Below, one piece after another: positions 27,842 through 37,189 of a stretch of DNA of 64,000 nucleotides; the first letter of the stretch is position 1, and each line of letters begins with the position of its first letter. Source of the DNA: Longimicrobiales bacterium. GTDB lineage: Bacteria; Gemmatimonadota; Gemmatimonadetes; Longimicrobiales; Gaopeijiaceae. The notes below the pieces were generated by a model. It searched no databases. It was not told the origin of the DNA and saw nothing but the letters and a program-made list of their open reading frames with translations. The DNA is taken from contig OZ220732.1 in NCBI GenBank assembly GCA_965116905.1, forward strand, positions 288,001-352,000. The letters are read 5' to 3'. The position numbers were made by a program, and so were the translations under genes.

Positions 27842-30166
27842 ATGAGCAGCTTTTTCGAATTCCTCTTCAAATACCGGCCCGTGCTGTACCAGGAGGGCGA
27901 CTTCACCTTCCTGTCGCCGTGGCCGCTGGCGATCGCCGGTGCTCTGGCCGCGCTCCTGGCCGTGCCTGCGGTCCTCAGCTATACCCGCGCCCGCGCCAAG
28001 AGCAGCGCGACCGACCGCTGGGTACTGGGGGCGCTCCGCGGCGCCGCCTTCCTGCTCCTCTTCTTTATCGTGATGCAGCCGGCGCTCGTCCTGACCTCGG
28101 TCGTGCCCCAGCGGAACTTCCTGGCCGTCCTCGTCGACGACTCCCGCAGCATGACCATCGACGACCGCGACGGAACCTCGCGCGCCGACAAGGCTGCCGG
28201 GCTCCTCGACCCCGAAGGCGAGCTCGTCACCGCGCTGCACGACGACTTCGCGCTCCGCTATTTCCGCTTCTCGTCGGCGACCGCGCGGGTGGGGGGCGTG
28301 GACGCGCTCACGTACGACGGCAGCCAGACCCGGATCGGCGACGCGCTCGCCCAGGCCCGCGACGAACTGCAGGGTGTGCCGCTTTCCGGGATCGTGGTGG
28401 TCTCCGACGGAGGCGACAACACCGAAGAGGCCATCGGCGAGGCGCTGCTGCCGCTGCGGGCGGCGTCGGTCCCGGTCTTCACCGTGGGGTTGGGCGACGA
28501 CGAGATGGAGGCCGACGTGCAGACCAGCCGGGCGGACGTGCCGGGTCACGCGCTCACGGGCACGTCAATGGTTGTAAACGTCACGGTCGAGGCCCGGGGC
28601 TACGACGGACGCACGGTGCCGATCATCGTCGAGGACATGGGGCGCATCGTGACCAGCGAGGAGGTCGAGCTTCCCGACGACGGCCAGACCCTGGTCGCCC
28701 CGATCGCGATCACCCTGGAGACCGCCGGCGCGCGCGAGCTGACCTTCCGGATCCCCGGGCAGCCCGGCGAACGGGTGCTGCAGAACAACGAACTGCACAC
28801 GGTCGTCCAGGTGCGCGACCGCACCGAGAAGGTCCTGTACTTCGAGGGCGAGCCCCGCCACGAGGTCGCTTTCACGCTGCGCGCGATCCAGGCCGACGAG
28901 AACCTGCAGGTCGTACTCCTCCAGCGCACCGCCGAAAACAAGTTCTTCCGCCGCAACCTCGACGATCCGCTCGAGCTCGTCGAAGGCTTCCCCACCACCC
29001 GCGAGGAGCTCTACGGCTACCGCGCGCTCATCCTCGGATCCGTCGAGGCCAGCTTCTTCACCCACGACCAGCTCGACATGATCGCCGACTTCGTCTCCTC
29101 CCGGGGCGGCGCCCTGCTCATGCTGGGGGGCCGCCGGGCCTTCACCGAGGGGGGCTACAAGGGCACACCCCTCGAGGACGTCCTCCCGGTCGTGCTCGGC
29201 GAACCCACCGGGACCACGCCCACCGAGCGCCTCGCCTTCGTCAAGGTGGCGCCCACGCCCGCCGGCGCGAACCATCCCGTGACCCGGATCGACGGGTCGG
29301 TGGAGACGTCGGCCGCCCGCTGGGACTCGCTCCCGCCCGTGTCCACGACCAACATCCTGACCGGTTTGAAGGCGGGAGCCACCGAGTTGCTCAGCGGGAC
29401 CGTGGTGGAGGACCCCATGGCCGACGGGGCCGACGCGCAGTTCGCGGCCGACGAGAGCGACCGGGTCGTGATGGCGTTCCAGCGCTACGGCAAGGGGCGC
29501 GCGGTGGTGCTGGCGGTGCAGGACACGTGGCTGTGGCAGATGGACCACACCGTCGCGCTCGAAGACCAGAGCCACGAGAACTTCTGGAAGCAGCTGCTGA
29601 GATGGCTGGTCGCCGAGACCCCCGACCCCGTCGAGGCCGCCCCAACCCGCGAATCCGTCGAGGCCGGCGAGCCGGTGACCTTCGAGGCGACCGTTCTCGA
29701 CGAGGGCTTCGTCGAAGTGAACGGCGCCAGCGTGACCGCGCGCATCACCAATCCCGCCGGAGAGGCGCGCGAGCTGCCCATGGACTGGTCCGTCACCGAG
29801 GACGGCCGCTACAGCGCGACCTTCACCCCCGAAATGGACGGCATCTTCGAGGTGTCGGTGCACGCCGGCCGCGACACCCTGACCCTCGGTGAATCCGAGA
29901 CCGGCATCCGCGTGGCCCCCGGCCTCGAGGAGTTCCGCGACCCGCACCAGCGCCGCAGCCTCATGGAACGGATCGCCGACGAAACCGGCGGCCGCTACTA
30001 CACCCTCGAAACCGCCAACCGCCTGCCCGAGGACCTGCAGTTCACCGGCGGCGGCGTGACCGTCACAGAGGAAAGGGACCTGTGGGACATGCCAATCCTC
30101 TTCCTGTTGTTGGCGGGACTGCTGGGGGCCGAGTGGGGATACCGCCGGAAGCGGGGGATGGCGTGA
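27842..30166 (+). CDS. membrane-anchored vWA + glutamine-amidotransferase-like (DUF1355-type) domain protein
   Basis: N-terminal TM helices; MIDAS-like LVDDSRSM and VVSDG; GGALLMLGG, QRYGKGR, FWKQLLRWL; C-terminal TM then EWGYRRK. Confidence 0.8.
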   Translation: MSSFFEFLFKYRPVLYQEGDFTFLSPWPLAIAGALAALLAVPAVLSYTRARAKSSATDRWVLGALRGAAFLLLFFIVMQPALVLTSVVPQRNFLAVLVDDSRSMTIDDRDGTSRADKAAGLLDPEGELVTALHDDFALRYFRFSSATARVGGVDALTYDGSQTRIGDALAQARDELQGVPLSGIVVVSDGGDNTEEAIGEALLPLRAASVPVFTVGLGDDEMEADVQTSRADVPGHALTGTSMVVNVTVEARGYDGRTVPIIVEDMGRIVTSEEVELPDDGQTLVAPIAITLETAGARELTFRIPGQPGERVLQNNELHTVVQVRDRTEKVLYFEGEPRHEVAFTLRAIQADENLQVVLLQRTAENKFFRRNLDDPLELVEGFPTTREELYGYRALILGSVEASFFTHDQLDMIADFVSSRGGALLMLGGRRAFTEGGYKGTPLEDVLPVVLGEPTGTTPTERLAFVKVAPTPAGANHPVTRIDGSVETSAARWDSLPPVSTTNILTGLKAGATELLSGTVVEDPMADGADAQFAADESDRVVMAFQRYGKGRAVVLAVQDTWLWQMDHTVALEDQSHENFWKQLLRWLVAETPDPVEAAPTRESVEAGEPVTFEATVLDEGFVEVNGASVTARITNPAGEARELPMDWSVTEDGRYSATFTPEMDGIFEVSVHAGRDTLTLGESETGIRVAPGLEEFRDPHQRRSLMERIADETGGRYYTLETANRLPEDLQFTGGGVTVTEERDLWDMPILFLLLAGLLGAEWGYRRKRGMA

Positions 30167-31221
30167 AGGGGGGTGCGGCACACGCGCCGTGGCTGGCCGC
30201 CCTCCTGGCACGCGCTGCCGCCCTGGCACGCGCCGCCGCCCTCCTGGCCCTCGCCGCCCTCCTTCCGCCTGCCCTTCAGGCCCAGGACGCCCGGAACACC
30301 CACGTGCTCCTGATCTCGGGGCTCGGCGGCGATCCCGAATACACCGAGGCGTTTCACGGCTGGCTCAGCCGGTTCGCGGACGCGGCGACGGAGCAGCACG
30401 GCGTACCCGCCGCGAGGATCACGTACCTCGGCGAGACGACCGAACTCGACCCCACTCGGATCCGCGCACGCTCGACGGGTGACAACATCCGGGCGGTCTT
30501 CGCCGAGTTGGGCGGGTCAATGGCCCCGCGGGACGAACTCGTCGTTCTCCTGGCCGGCCACGGGACGTTCCGGGACGGGACCGCACGCTTCAACATCCCC
30601 GGACCGGATCTCACCCCGGACGAGTGGAACGCGATGCTGGCGAGCCTCGGCGACCGGCGGATCACCTTCGTCAACACGGCCAGCGCCTCGGGTCCGTTCA
30701 TCGAAGCGCTCTCGGGCCCGAACCGCACGATCATCACGGCCACGCGCAGCGGCCGCGAACGCAACCTGACCCGCTTCGGACTCCACTTCGTCGACGCGTT
30801 CGCCAACGAGGGCGCCGACGTGGACAGGGACGAGCGCATCTCGATGTTCGAGGCTTTCGGCTACGCCCTCCGCGAGGTCGAGCGCCAGTACGAGGGCGAC
30901 AACCAGTTGCTCACCGAGCACGCGATGCTCGACGACAACGGCGACGGTGAGGGAAGCCGCGAGCTCGACGACTTTGAAGGCGACGGCGCGCTGGCCCGGA
31001 CGGTGTTCCTGGGGTCCATCGGAGGCGCGGCGGGCGAAGCGGTCGGATCACCCGCGCTCAGGGCGCTGTACGAGGAGAAGGCCGAGATCGAGGCGCGGAT
31101 CGCGGAGCTGCGGCGGGTCAAGGCGCAGCTGCCGATCGCGCGCTACGAGGACGAACTGGAAGCGCTGCTCATCGAACTGGCGCTCAAGAACCGGGAGATC
31201 AGGGCGGCGGAGGGGAGCTGA
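30163..31221 (+). CDS. secreted caspase/C13-fold-like hypothetical protein with C-terminal coiled coil
   Basis: Signal peptide; LLISGLGG, LLAGHGT, NTASASG (Ser/Ala where a caspase Cys is expected), ITATRS, ADVDRDERIS. Confidence 0.7.
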   Translation: MKGGAAHAPWLAALLARAAALARAAALLALAALLPPALQAQDARNTHVLLISGLGGDPEYTEAFHGWLSRFADAATEQHGVPAARITYLGETTELDPTRIRARSTGDNIRAVFAELGGSMAPRDELVVLLAGHGTFRDGTARFNIPGPDLTPDEWNAMLASLGDRRITFVNTASASGPFIEALSGPNRTIITATRSGRERNLTRFGLHFVDAFANEGADVDRDERISMFEAFGYALREVERQYEGDNQLLTEHAMLDDNGDGEGSRELDDFEGDGALARTVFLGSIGGAAGEAVGSPALRALYEEKAEIEARIAELRRVKAQLPIARYEDELEALLIELALKNREIRAAEGS

Positions 31222-31353
31222 GGGGAAGCTGACGGGTGAGTGCGGACGGCGGACGGTGGGTCGCGGACGGGCTGTGGGCGCGGGCGGGCGGGCGCGTCGG
31301 CGGGCGGGCGCGTCCAGCGGGCGGGCGCGTCGGCGGGCGGGCGCCCATACGAG

Positions 31354-31390
31354 CATGCCTGTGTCCCGGGATTTGCCGCGGAAACGTGGG
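31354..31390 (+). repeat. left inverted repeat
   Basis: catgcctgtgtcccgggatttgccgcggaaacgtggg. Confidence 0.92.
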
Positions 31391-31773
31391 GGGGGCGAGC
31401 CCAGGAGCTGTGGTGCCGTACGCCGATGCCCGGCGCTGGCCTGAGGCGAGGCAGTCGGCCCGCCCGTGCGCATCTCTCCGGCCTCCAACGCCACGCCGCT
31501 GTCCCAAACCACCGAAACACAGGCCGATCCTGCTATAGACGGGTTTTGAAACGGCGGTTTCGGCGAGGTCCGGGACCCGCTGGCGGATGACCCCCAGGAG
31601 CCACCGGCGGCCCGCTGGCGGGCGATCGGGCATCGGCGACCCTTCCACGTCATCCCGACCCGAGATCGTGCGTCCTGGGCCATCACAGAGGGCCGGAAAT
31701 CGGCCGTTATCTTTCAGGTGCGCGGAAGCACGATTCACATAAGCCGTTGCCGGACTTGAACCTGGAGGATCAC

Positions 31774-33258
31774 ATGAACACCACGCAACTCGGAGAACGG
31801 ATCGCCGAACTCGCCGCCCGGATCAACATCGCCACCCACGAGATGCTCACCCTCGTCGCCGAGTTCGACCGCCGCGAGGGATGGGCCGACGCCTTCGACT
31901 CCTGCGCCGAGTGGCTCGCCTGGCGGACCGGACGCACGGTCGCCACCTGCCGCGAGAACGTGCGCGTCGCGCATGCGCTCGAGGACCTGCCCGCCACCTC
32001 GGCCGAGATGAAGGCCGGGCGCCTCTCCTACGCCAAGGCGCGGGCCATCACCCGGGTGGCCACGCCCCGGACCGAGGCCGAACTCCTCGACTACGCCCGC
32101 AAGGGCTCGGCCGCGGCGGTGGAGCGCATGGTGCGGGGGGTGAAGCACCTGTCGCGCGACGGCGAGATCGGGGCCGAAGAGGCCCGGCACCGGGCCCGCA
32201 CGTTGTCGGTCGTCATCGCCGCGGACGGGACGTACGTGGTGCGGGGCCGGCTCGAGCCCGAGGCGGGGGCCGTGCTGATGCGGGCCATCGAGGCCGCGAG
32301 CGACGCGCTGTACCGGGGCGAGGACCCCGATGCGCGGCCACGGAGCCGCCAGCGCAGGGCCGATGCGATGGGGCTCGTCGCCGAGCGGGCGCTGGCGGCG
32401 GGGCTGGGAGCGGGGGCCGATGCGAGAGAGGAGGCCGACGCGGGGGAAGCGATCGCGGAAGCGACGCCGAGCGGGACGCGGGCCGAGCGGTACCAGGTGA
32501 CGGTGCACACCGAGATGGCCACGCTGGAGGAGGGCGGCGAGGGGGGCCGGTCGGAGCTCGACGGGGTGCGGGTGAGCGCCGAGACCTCGCGGCGCATGGC
32601 GTGCGATGCGTCGCTGGTGGGGATGCTGCACCGGGAGGGCAAGGTCGTCAGCGTGGGGCGGAAGACGCGGACCATCCCGCCGCACCTCCGCCGGGCGCTC
32701 GAGGAACGGGACCGGGGCTGCCGGTACCCGGCCTGCGGGAGCCGGTTCACCGAGGCGCATCATGTCCGGCACTGGGCCGACGGCGGCGAGACGAGTCTGG
32801 CGAACACGGTGCTGCTCTGCCGGCGGCACCACCGGCTCGTGCACGAGGGCAGGGTCCGGATGGCGCTCGACCGGCACGGCCGGGCGGTGTTCTTCGCGCG
32901 CAGCGGGGCGGCGGTCGCGAGGTGGGCGAGGCGGGCGGCGAGCCAGACAAGGCGGTGGAGCAGGCCGGCGAGCCAGGCGATGCGGTGGAGCAGGCCGGCA
33001 GGGCCGACCGCAGAACCGACCGCCGACGCGAGGACACCCCGCCACCCGCCCAGGCCGCCTGAGTCCCGCGTTTCCGCGGCAAATCCAGGGACACAGGCAT
33101 GTCGGGATGGGACGGGCTGGGGTCAACGGGACAGCCGAAACAACCGGACAGGCCGGGAAAGCCGGCGTGCGACTACCCGGGCCGGCAAGGCACCGTGGGC
33201 GGGTCCCCTCGCGCGGCCTCGATCGGCTCGAGGGGAATCAACTCCACCCGCCCCTTGA
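31774..33258 (+). CDS. DUF222 domain / HNH endonuclease (REP13E12-like family)
   Basis: GGAGG before ATG; EFDRREGW..SCAEWLAWRTG, GRLSYAKARAITR, RRMACDA, RDRGCRYPAC..AHHVRHWADGGETSLANTVLLCRRHHRLVHEG. The low-complexity tail runs through the right inverted repeat. Confidence 0.92.
   Translation: MNTTQLGERIAELAARINIATHEMLTLVAEFDRREGWADAFDSCAEWLAWRTGRTVATCRENVRVAHALEDLPATSAEMKAGRLSYAKARAITRVATPRTEAELLDYARKGSAAAVERMVRGVKHLSRDGEIGAEEARHRARTLSVVIAADGTYVVRGRLEPEAGAVLMRAIEAASDALYRGEDPDARPRSRQRRADAMGLVAERALAAGLGAGADAREEADAGEAIAEATPSGTRAERYQVTVHTEMATLEEGGEGGRSELDGVRVSAETSRRMACDASLVGMLHREGKVVSVGRKTRTIPPHLRRALEERDRGCRYPACGSRFTEAHHVRHWADGGETSLANTVLLCRRHHRLVHEGRVRMALDRHGRAVFFARSGAAVARWARRAASQTRRWSRPASQAMRWSRPAGPTAEPTADARTPRHPPRPPESRVSAANPGTQACRDGTGWGQRDSRNNRTGRESRRATTRAGKAPWAGPLARPRSARGESTPPAP
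33065..33101 (-). repeat. right inverted repeat
   Basis: Reverse complement is catgcctgtgtccctggatttgccgcggaaacgcggg. Confidence 0.92.
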
Positions 33259-33401
33259 ACGGAAGCGCCTGCATTCTCTGGCCGGGCGTCAGTTCGAGCC
33301 GACTGGACGACCACAAGCCGGCCACGCCCCGTGCGAGGGCCCGACCGACCTCCGAGCGCCCCCACATTGGCAACCACGGGCCGACCGTTACACCTTTGGG
33401 C

Positions 33402-36194
33402 ATGACCCATGCCCCGACTCCGGACCGCGGGCACATCCCCCGGTTGACGCCGATCAGGCGGATCGTGTTTCTCGCGCTGCTCTGGCTGGGCGCCGGCGCG
33501 GGCGCGGCCACTCCGTTCGCCGCCGCCACAGCCCAGGAGGCCGCCGGCCTCGCCGGCCTCCGCGCGGGCCGGTACGACGAAGCCGTGCGCACACTCCGCC
33601 CGCAGGCACTCGGCGGCAATGGCCCCGCGCTGGCTGGATGGGTGACCACCCTCCGCGAGACCGGCGACTACGCGGGTGCGGTTCGGGCCGCCGAGCAGGG
33701 CGTGGAACGGGACGTCGCGGGCGCGCATGCACTCCTCGGCGCCGCCCTGCTGGACCTCGGCCGAGTCCCCGACGCCCGCGCCGCGCTCGAAACCGGTGCC
33801 GCCGACCCCGGCGAGTCCGGGGCGCTCGCGCGCGTTGAACTGGGCATCCTCGAATACGACTACGGCGACCGCGACCGCGCCCGCGGCATCTTCGACGGCT
33901 TCATCGACTACTACAACAGCGCCGCCAGCCGCACGGCGGCCGAAATCACGACGGCAGAACTCACGGCTGTCGGGCGCGCGCTCGTCCACCTCTCGCGCTG
34001 GAACTACGAGTACGCCCACGACGCCCTCACCGCCCTGGACGAAGCCATCGCGGCCGGCCCGCTCGACCACGCGGCGCAACTCACCGTCGGCGAACTCTTC
34101 CTGGAGCGCTACGACGCGAGACAGGCCGCCGAGGCCTTTCAGCAGGTGCTCTCCGAACATCCCGCGCACCCGCGCGCCCTCCTCGGACTGGCCCGAGTGG
34201 CAAGGCTGGAAGGCGGCGGCAGCCCGGCGGCCGCGCTGGAGGCTGCCCTGGAAACAAACCCGGATCTGGCGGAAGCGCGCATCCTGCTGGCCCGCATCCG
34301 TCTGCTGGGCGGGAGCCGGGACCAGGCGCTGGAGCAGGTCGACCGGGTGCTCGACGTGAATCCGGCGCACCTGGAGGCCCTGGGCACGAAGGCCGCGATC
34401 CTCCACCTGGCGCGAGACGACGCGGGACTGCGCACCGTGATGGACCGCATCGGCGCACTGACCGACGCCCCTACCGCGGCGCTCGTCGTCCTTTCGGAAC
34501 TCTCCGCCGACCACCGCAAGTACGAGGACGCGCTGGACTTCGCCCGCCAGGCCGCCAACGCCGACCCCGCCAGCTGGACGGCGTGGGGTCTCATGGGGCT
34601 CAACCAGGTCCGCCTGGGCAGGGTCGACGAGGGGCGGACCAACCTCGAGCGGGCGTTCGCCGGCGATCCCTTCAACCTCTGGTTCAAGAACACGCTCGAC
34701 CTCCTGGACACCTTCCCCGAATACCGCGTCGTCGAGACGCCGCACTTCCGCCTCGTGCTGCACGAATCCGAGGCCGATCTGCTGGCGCCGTACATGGAAG
34801 CGGTGGCGGAACGGGCGTATGCAGAGATGTCGCGGCGGTACGGTTACGCCCCTGAAGAACCCATCCGCGTCGAGGTCTATCCGCGCCACGCCGACTTCTC
34901 CGTGCGCACCGTCGGACTGGTCGGCATCGGGGCGCTCGGCGTGAGCTTCGGGCCCGCGCTCGCCATAGACTCGCCGACTGCGCGAACGCGGGGGGACTTC
35001 AACTGGGCTTCGACGCTGTGGCACGAGATCGCGCACTCCTTCCACATCGCCGTGTCCGACAGCGAGGTGCCGCGCTGGTTCTCGGAGGGGCTGGCGGTAC
35101 ACGAGCAGCGCAAGGCCGACATCGAGGGTCAGGGCTGGGGTCACCAGGCGGGCGTGAGCTTCGTCCGTTCACTGGCGGCGGGCGAGCTGCGCCCGGTCAG
35201 CGAGCTGGACAGGGGGTTTTCGAGCCCGCGGCATCCCGGCGAGGTGGGCGACAGCTACTACCAGTCGTCGCTGGTGTTCGAGCTGATCGAGGAGCGGCAC
35301 GGCTTCGGCGCCATCGTGGACATGCTGCGGGCATACCGCGACGGCGCTTCCAACGAAGAGGTGTTCGAACGCGCCCTGGGCGTGCGTCTGGAGGACTTCG
35401 ACGCCGACTTCGAGGACTTCCTGCAGGAGCGTTTCTCGGCGGCGATCGCCTCGGTGGGGAGCGATGGCGGAGAGGGAAGCGAGATGATCGCGCCGGCCAA
35501 CCCGCTGGCGGTCCTCGACATTGCGACCCTCGAGGCCGCGGTGGCGCGCGATCCGGGCCGCTTCGTGCCCCGCATGACCCTCGGGCAGGCCCTCTTCCGC
35601 GATGGCCGCAGGGCCGATGCGGCGGAGCACTTCGAGGCCGCGCTCGAGCTGTTCCCCCAGTACGGCGGCCCCGACGGCGCGCACTGGTTCCTGGGGCGCA
35701 TCCGGGAGGAGCAGGGTGACGCGGACGCCGCGATCGCGCACTACCGGGCCCTCCTCGCGCTCAACGAGAGCCACTACGACGCGCGGCTCGCGCTCGGGGG
35801 CTTGCTCGCGGGGAACGCCGGCGGCGCAGGGGACACGCGGCACGCGGGGGACGCGGGCGGCGCGGGGAACGCGGGAGACATCACGGCCGCGGCCGAGGTG
35901 CTTCGGGAGCTGGCGCATATTCACCCTTACGAGATCGAGGACCACGAGCGCCTGGCCGCGCTCCTGGAGAGGATCGGCGACCTCGAGGGCGCGGTGGCGG
36001 AGCGCAGGGCCGTCGTCGCGCTGGACCCCGTCGACCTGGCGTCGGCGCACTTCCGACTGGCCCGCGTGCTGCACAGCAGCGGCGACGCCGCCGCCGCCCG
36101 CAGCGCCGTCCTCGCGGCGCTGGAGATCGCGCCCAACTACGAGGAGGCGCTCGATCTGCTGCTGGAGCTTCGGCGCGGGAGCCCCGGGCGATGA
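33402..36194 (+). CDS. TPR-repeat protein with central peptidase MA-like (gluzincin) domain, exported
   Basis: Signal peptide; many TPR-like helices; WHEIAH followed by PRWFSEGLA. Confidence 0.88.
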   Translation: MTHAPTPDRGHIPRLTPIRRIVFLALLWLGAGAGAATPFAAATAQEAAGLAGLRAGRYDEAVRTLRPQALGGNGPALAGWVTTLRETGDYAGAVRAAEQGVERDVAGAHALLGAALLDLGRVPDARAALETGAADPGESGALARVELGILEYDYGDRDRARGIFDGFIDYYNSAASRTAAEITTAELTAVGRALVHLSRWNYEYAHDALTALDEAIAAGPLDHAAQLTVGELFLERYDARQAAEAFQQVLSEHPAHPRALLGLARVARLEGGGSPAAALEAALETNPDLAEARILLARIRLLGGSRDQALEQVDRVLDVNPAHLEALGTKAAILHLARDDAGLRTVMDRIGALTDAPTAALVVLSELSADHRKYEDALDFARQAANADPASWTAWGLMGLNQVRLGRVDEGRTNLERAFAGDPFNLWFKNTLDLLDTFPEYRVVETPHFRLVLHESEADLLAPYMEAVAERAYAEMSRRYGYAPEEPIRVEVYPRHADFSVRTVGLVGIGALGVSFGPALAIDSPTARTRGDFNWASTLWHEIAHSFHIAVSDSEVPRWFSEGLAVHEQRKADIEGQGWGHQAGVSFVRSLAAGELRPVSELDRGFSSPRHPGEVGDSYYQSSLVFELIEERHGFGAIVDMLRAYRDGASNEEVFERALGVRLEDFDADFEDFLQERFSAAIASVGSDGGEGSEMIAPANPLAVLDIATLEAAVARDPGRFVPRMTLGQALFRDGRRADAAEHFEAALELFPQYGGPDGAHWFLGRIREEQGDADAAIAHYRALLALNESHYDARLALGGLLAGNAGGAGDTRHAGDAGGAGNAGDITAAAEVLRELAHIHPYEIEDHERLAALLERIGDLEGAVAERRAVVALDPVDLASAHFRLARVLHSSGDAAAARSAVLAALEIAPNYEEALDLLLELRRGSPGR

Positions 36195-36210
36195 GCCGGG
36201 AGGTCGGGCG

Positions 36211-37041
36211 ATGAGCCGGGCAAACCGACTCATGGGCGCGGCAATGGCTGCCGGGGCCACCCTGCTGACCCTTTCCCTTGCCGCCGCGGCCATTCGGGCG
36301 CCGCAGGGCGCAACGGTCGCGGCCGCGCCGGGGACATCGCTCTCCTCTCCTCCCCAGCACTTCCTCAATGTCCCCTACGACGGCAGCTACACGTTCGTGC
36401 GGGTGCGCTTCAACACCTTTCGCAGGCGGGGGTTTTCGGCCGGATTCGGGCGCGGCGGCGGGCCCGGGTGGGCTCACGACTATCCGTACGCAGACGACAA
36501 CTTCATCAAGATTCTGGACGAGGTGACCCTGCTGGGACCGAATACCGAGGGCACCAACGTGATCGACGCCGACGACCCCGAACTCCACCGCTACCCGATC
36601 GCGTACGTCTCCGAGCCGGGAGAGTGGTCGCCGTCGCAGGCCGAAATCGACAACGTGACCGCCTACCTGCGGAAAGGCGGCTTCCTGATCCTCGACGACT
36701 TCCGCAGCATCCGCGAGTGGCAGAACGTCGAGGCGATCTTCCGCGCGATGCTCCCGGACCACCGCTTCCGGCCGCTGGTGCTGGAGGAGCCGATCTTCAA
36801 CGCGTTCTTCCAGATCGAGACGCTGGACCTGCCCCCGCCCACCTTTCAGCAGTACCGCCCGCAGTTTCTCGGGCTGCACGAGGGTGACGATCCGGACGCG
36901 CGCCTCATGGTGATCGCCAACTTCAACAACGACATCGGCGACTACTGGGAGTACTCCGACATGGGCTACTACCCCATCGACCTGTCTAACGAAGCGTACA
37001 AGTTCGGTGTCAACTATGTGATCTACGCGATGAACCGCTAG
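36211..37041 (+). CDS. DUF4159 domain protein (copy 2)
   Basis: WAHDYPYAD, YPIAYVSEPG, YLRKGGFLILDDF, NNDIGDYWE, FGVNYVIYAM. Confidence 0.9.
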   Translation: MSRANRLMGAAMAAGATLLTLSLAAAAIRAPQGATVAAAPGTSLSSPPQHFLNVPYDGSYTFVRVRFNTFRRRGFSAGFGRGGGPGWAHDYPYADDNFIKILDEVTLLGPNTEGTNVIDADDPELHRYPIAYVSEPGEWSPSQAEIDNVTAYLRKGGFLILDDFRSIREWQNVEAIFRAMLPDHRFRPLVLEEPIFNAFFQIETLDLPPPTFQQYRPQFLGLHEGDDPDARLMVIANFNNDIGDYWEYSDMGYYPIDLSNEAYKFGVNYVIYAMNR

Positions 37042-37189
37042 CCGTGGCGATGCCGCACTCCGCTTCGGCTGTCCGGTGTCCGCCGCACCGATTACGTTTG
37101 TTTCCCACGGCACCGCGCCGACGGGCGCGTCCGTCCACGGAGCACGGACGGTCAGCCGCGACTGATCCCACCTACACCATCCGCTGCCC

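Larger units (their letters stand above)
31344..33111. mobile_element. putative inverted-repeat-bounded element carrying a DUF222-HNH endonuclease gene
   Basis: Inverted repeats 31354-31390 and 33065-33101 match at 35 of 37 positions, with a weaker ~10-bp outward extension. The unit interrupts an otherwise tightly packed operon. Confidence 0.6.

Noticed and set aside
31265..33119. ggacgggctg at 31265 and 33110 as a target-site duplication
   Set aside because: The left copy is ~70 bp from the repeat end and a GC-rich 10-mer is weak evidence. An empty-site allele is needed to judge.
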